The translations under genes were made by a program, and so were the position numbers. DNA of 63,318 nt, counting the filler, from Asterionella formosa (taxonomy: Eukaryota), in NCBI GenBank assembly GCA_002256025.1. It is 12 parts of 12 records of this genome, joined end to end, with 100 filler letters (N's around TTAATTAATTAA, not from the genome) between each part and the next. Parts side by side here need not be neighbours in the genome. Positions count along the whole stretch, not along the records: positions 58,781 to 60,226 come from NKIB01002398.1; positions 60,327 to 61,772 come from NKIB01002400.1; positions 61,873 to 63,318 come from NKIB01002401.1; 9 more parts are not named here. The stretch is one strand, 5' to 3'. Position 1 is the stretch's first letter, and each line of letters starts with the position of its first letter. This document shows positions 59,580-63,318 of the stretch, piece after piece. Below the pieces are notes generated by a model. It searched no databases. It was given only the letters and a program-made list of their open reading frames with translations, and was not told the origin of the DNA.

Positions 59580-60160
59580 ATTGTTGTTTTATGGTGCCAC
59601 TGACCGAGACCTCCAGAAATCTCAATGAGTTGCTTGTTTCTTGACTTGAATGCAAAAGGGATCGAAACCAGTGGAAAAATCAAAACAAGGGAACTAAAAA
59701 TGGTGCTCTGCAAACATCATCAGGACAATTGTGAAAGAGAAATGAAGGTTCTTGGGAGGAGAAGTAAAGGGATAATTGCTTCTGGTCTCCTTGCGGGAAC
59801 AAGAATGGATTGAACCAAACAATGTTGACAAATAGATACCTACCGGAAAAGGAAGCAATGCTTTCAGCATCATCAATCTATACACAAGCCTGCGCCACCT
59901 GATGTCGTCAGTATAGCTACCTCGACTTCATCAATGAAGAAGTCAATGGGTGGAGCATGTGAGGAAAATCGGGGTTGAGGTTTTCTTGACGCCAACGTGG
60001 ACCTGCTTGGCTGAACTCCTTGCAGATGAAGGCATTGAGTAACCTGGGCCTGTGAAGCCGAAGGATAAAGAAAAATCTACGACAAGGGTGGTGAGATAGT
60101 GTTTAGGAGGGGGGAGCAAAAGATATCATAGCTGAACGCATTCGAAACTTGTATAGACAA
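59580..60160 (+). pseudogene. Highly decayed IS630-Tc1-mariner-superfamily transposase C-terminal relic
   Basis: Frameshifted traces of 'KG...L.E..WIEPNNVDK', 'DFINEE', 'IGVEVFLTP', 'AEL.ADEGIE..WA', resembling the PKxHxELAGEGIEYxW motif. Confidence 0.45.
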
Positions 60161-60341
60161 TAAATGGTGACATGCCATGGCTGCTCTTGGCTGACAGCTG
60201 CCAAGTCAAGTACAAACACAACGAGCNNNNNNNNNNNNNNNNNNNNNNNNNNNNNNNNNNNNNNNNNNNNTTAATTAATTAANNNNNNNNNNNNNNNNNN
60301 NNNNNNNNNNNNNNNNNNNNNNNNNNAGCAAGTGCCACTTG

Positions 60342-60699
60342 TTCTAAAATCTTTATCATCTGTTACCCCAGTAGACTAATACCAGCAACAGTGTACGATT
60401 CGCGGAGGGCATCTATATTACGAGCGACAGAAAGATTCATCGGAGCGATCAGCAGTACAGTTCGTTACCTCGGATTTCGATACATACAACAACACTGAAC
60501 TTTTCGCGAAGGGCATATATAATAGGAGCGACAGGACGATTGATCGGTACCTGGTATCAGGTCATTCTAAAATCTTTACCATCCGTTACACTAAAACCAG
60601 CAACACTGAACTTTTCGCGAAGGGCATATATAATAGGAGCGACAGGAAGATTGATCGGTACCTGGTATCAGGTCATTCTAAAATCTTTATCATCCGGTA
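60342..60699. repeat. About 111-bp tandem repeat, roughly three copies
   Basis: TTCTAAAATCTTTA at 60342, 60566, 60677; TTTTCGCGAAGGGCATATATAATAGGAGCGACAGG at 60501 and 60612. Confidence 0.8.
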
Positions 60700-61218
60700 C
60701 CACTTAAAAACTGTAAGCCACCGCTACGGCGACTTTTGAACTGTAAGCCACCGCTAAACGGAGTAAACGCACGGTTTGAACTTAGTTTACAAGATACGCT
60801 ATTTATTGTCACGAACGAGTTGTTCAGATTTATATAGCGAGTAAATACTTCCGTACTTGTATTGTTGCATTGTGTACATTGTTAATTAGGTATTATCGCC
60901 CAAAGGTTGCTGTCGACGTGAAATTGCGAAAATTGGATATTTTCACGTTTACTCGATTGAGCAAGCATCACCTTTTATATACGTATTCAGGTATGAGAAT
61001 ATTCCTCCTCTAGAAAACTAATTTAGTATCCTCTAAAATTTATTTAATATGACTACGACGGCATTGCGCTTTCGCTCGTGCGCCATAATAAAGAGATAAT
61101 TTCATTAATGGAAAACGTCAAATAGGAATTCCTGGTGCGCCCGAATTATGAGTACAAAAATTAAATGCAAACATACAACAATCACCCATCACCCATCACC
61201 CATCACAACACCAACACC

Positions 61219-61772
61219 ATGACCTCGAAAGCGCCTCGACAAGGCAATGCCTTGCCTCGAAAGAAATTGTCTCCTGAAGAGTTGGTCAGTGTTCAGTTTT
61301 GTCTTAACAATGTGATTAGGGAGCTATAAGCTAAGAAGGCTAAGAATGGTGGAAAAATGCCTTATGGTGCTATTTCTAGGACAGTATCAGCTAAGCAATG
61401 CATTTTCCCTTGGATATCTGTTAACCAAGTGAAGAATGAACTAAAACAAAGTGCTAAACTAGAAGTTAAGTCTAGTACTACTAGTATGTATACTACTTCT
61501 GGTTCGTCCCTCTTTCAGCCATCAACTGCAACCATGGTGTCTACATTGACACCTGACCATTGTGGCCCTACTAAACCCCAACTCTTGAATGCTGATGGCA
61601 GCTTTGCCTTGTTATTTCCCAGTAATCTCATTCATAATTCATATAAAATTGTCGAGGAGGAAGAAGATGACAACAATGAAGGTGTGAGTGAGCATTATGA
61701 TAGTCAGTTTACAATGATGGGCACTTTGGCATATGAAACTGGAAACAATGGTGTGCTTACCTGGGGAAGTTT
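61219..61772 (+). pseudogene. Frameshifted ORF start, possibly a DNA-transposase N-terminus
   Basis: MTSKAPRQG.../..GGKMPYGAISRTV....FPWISVNQVKNEL; upstream duplicated AACTGTAAGCCACCGCTA (60709, 60739) resembles subterminal repeats; family uncertain. Confidence 0.3.
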
Positions 61773-61872
61773 NNNNNNNNNNNNNNNNNNNNNNNNNNNN
61801 NNNNNNNNNNNNNNNNTTAATTAATTAANNNNNNNNNNNNNNNNNNNNNNNNNNNNNNNNNNNNNNNNNNNN

Positions 61873-63318
61873 CCGCGATTTTCACATACCTTTCTCAATT
61901 GTTTAGTATTCTCGCCTGCGTCATCGCAACGGACATACTTTGTCTTGTGACCGGCTCCGGCTAAACTTGATAGTAAAATTTCAATGACTGTTCCGATATC
62001 GCTCTTCTTTTTAATGAAATAGCTCCAGCGCTTTCTTGTGTAGTCGTCCACTGCCATGACCCAGTACTGATTGCCAACAGCGGATTTCGCGTACTAGGGT
62101 CCGCTGATGTCCACAAACAGTCTTTCTCCAGGTACCGTCGATTTTTCTTGCGTTGTTTTTGGGACGGCTCGTGCTTTCGCTTTCGCTGCCGCACAGCCTG
62201 CGCACACTGTCATGATGCCGCTCAACTTCCATCCAAATAATTTCGCCGTATCGTGCAAACATTTCTCGCCCACATGACCAAGCATCGCATGCGCTTCATT
62301 GATATCGACAATCACATAATTATTTTCAAACTCACCATTTTGATTATTCCATTTGTTCTTTCCTTTGTTCGCTTTCTTTGCTTCAACTTTCGTCCAATCG
62401 TTTTCGTTGTAGTCGTCGATCGATTGTTGTGTCGCGTTCTCTTGTAGTTGATCGACTTCCATCACCGTTTGCTTGATGATCGGATTACCTTCGACATGAT
62501 ACATTGCTCCGAGCTTTCGAGTTTTATCTCTTTTGCAGGTTAGAAAACCGCTCTTGTTTCGTATCGTCATCCTATCGTCCTCGAAGATCACTTGATTACC
62601 CTTGTCGATCATTCTAGAGACACTGATGATGTTCTGCTTGAGCTCCGGTGCATAAAGCACATCGGTGAGTTTCAAGCATTTTCCTTCGTCCGTAGTCGTC
62701 AGAGTCACGGTACCAGAGACAGTTGATACTATCTCAGTTCCATTTCCTACCACGACCGTTTCACTCACTTGTTTCTTGTCTTCCATCATGCGCACGTCCG
62801 TGCAGATGTGAACAGTAGCACCGCTGTCTAACAACCAGCGATTTCTGACGTCACGAACAAGGTTGACTTCCTCGTTGTAACTAATTTCGACGCACGTGCT
62901 GGCGACGAACATTCCTTGCTGGGTAGATGTAGTCGTGTTGTTTTCTTCGTTTCTATTATTCTTAGATGCACTGTTACTGGTGCACTCACTTGCGTAGTGT
63001 CCCATGCGTTGGCACTTGAAACACTTGATCGTTTTCCTCTTTTCTTTCTGCTCAGGAGTGAGCTCCTTCTTTTCGGCACTTTTGCCCTTGCTGCGACATT
63101 CAGCCGCCCTGTGGCCATACTTGCCACACTTACGACAGTCACCTTTGAACTTCCCTTTCATGTAGAAGGCCTGTTCACTCTTGTTCTTGTCAGTCGTTTT
63201 GACGTCATCCCGGACATATATATCGTAGTAGTCCCGGATGTCTGTCTTAATCTCTTCGACCGTTAGCGTGTTGCGCGCCAGGCCGAACCTTCCTACTACC
63301 AAACTCTTGTAGCTTTCA
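61873..63318 (-). mobile_element. Ty1/Copia gag-pol fragment (two zinc knuckles, protease, pre-integrase, integrase start) with one in-frame TAG at 62094-62096
   Basis: CRKCGKYGHRAAEC, CFKCQRMGHYASEC, WLLDSGAT, HAMLGH..CAGC, LFVDISGP*YAKS...YWVMAVDDYTR, VRCDDAGEN. Confidence 0.92.

Larger units (their letters stand above)
47850..61872. other. Ten further artificial 100-bp linkers starting at 47850, 49398, 50946, 52493, 54040, 55587, 57134, 58681, 60227 and 61773
   Basis: Identical N44-TTAATTAATTAA-N44; intervening contigs are 1448, 1448, 1447 (x5) and 1446 (x3) bp, i.e. sorted by length. Confidence 0.97.

Noticed and set aside
62094..62096. Programmed stop-codon readthrough in Copia pol
   Set aside because: The stop lies inside the integrase core rather than at a gag/pol boundary and looks like an added triplet; an inactivating lesion is more likely

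Overview
Eukaryotic nuclear DNA, very probably from a diatom (GT-AG introns, bipartite plastid-targeting presequences, CoDi-type Copia elements, HA-domain protein). The window is not one locus. It is 12 contigs joined by artificial 100-bp N44-TTAATTAATTAA-N44 linkers: two gene-rich contigs of about 23.9 kb (1-23881, 23982-47849) and ten 1446-1448 bp contigs that are mostly TE debris. About 14 host genes can be supported: importin-beta-like, mitochondrial bS6, zinc-knuckle/TatD-like, GAF-HPP fusion, PhoX, CRAL-TRIO-like, NAA40, GNAT-PhzF fusion, HA-domain protein, plastid RNase Z, peptide deformylase, mitochondrial citrate carrier, ULP2-type SUMO protease and one unknown membrane protein. There are also Gypsy/Copia fragments, several MITEs and decayed DNA transposons. 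The most striking signal is that intergenic DNA is littered with TA-CC(C)-(T)GG-TA motifs. Their spectrum matches the termini of TA-flanked MITEs in the window, and TA-to-TAGTA insertions can be seen by comparing repeat copies. I infer a self-amplifying transposon excision-footprint process that is building promoter DNA. The strongest protein-level leads are a GAF-HPP putative nitrite/nitrate transceptor, a pseudo-nuclease TatD with a CCHC knuckle, and an atypical deformylase with a lumen-like signal. All homology calls were made by eye from motifs; no searches were run.
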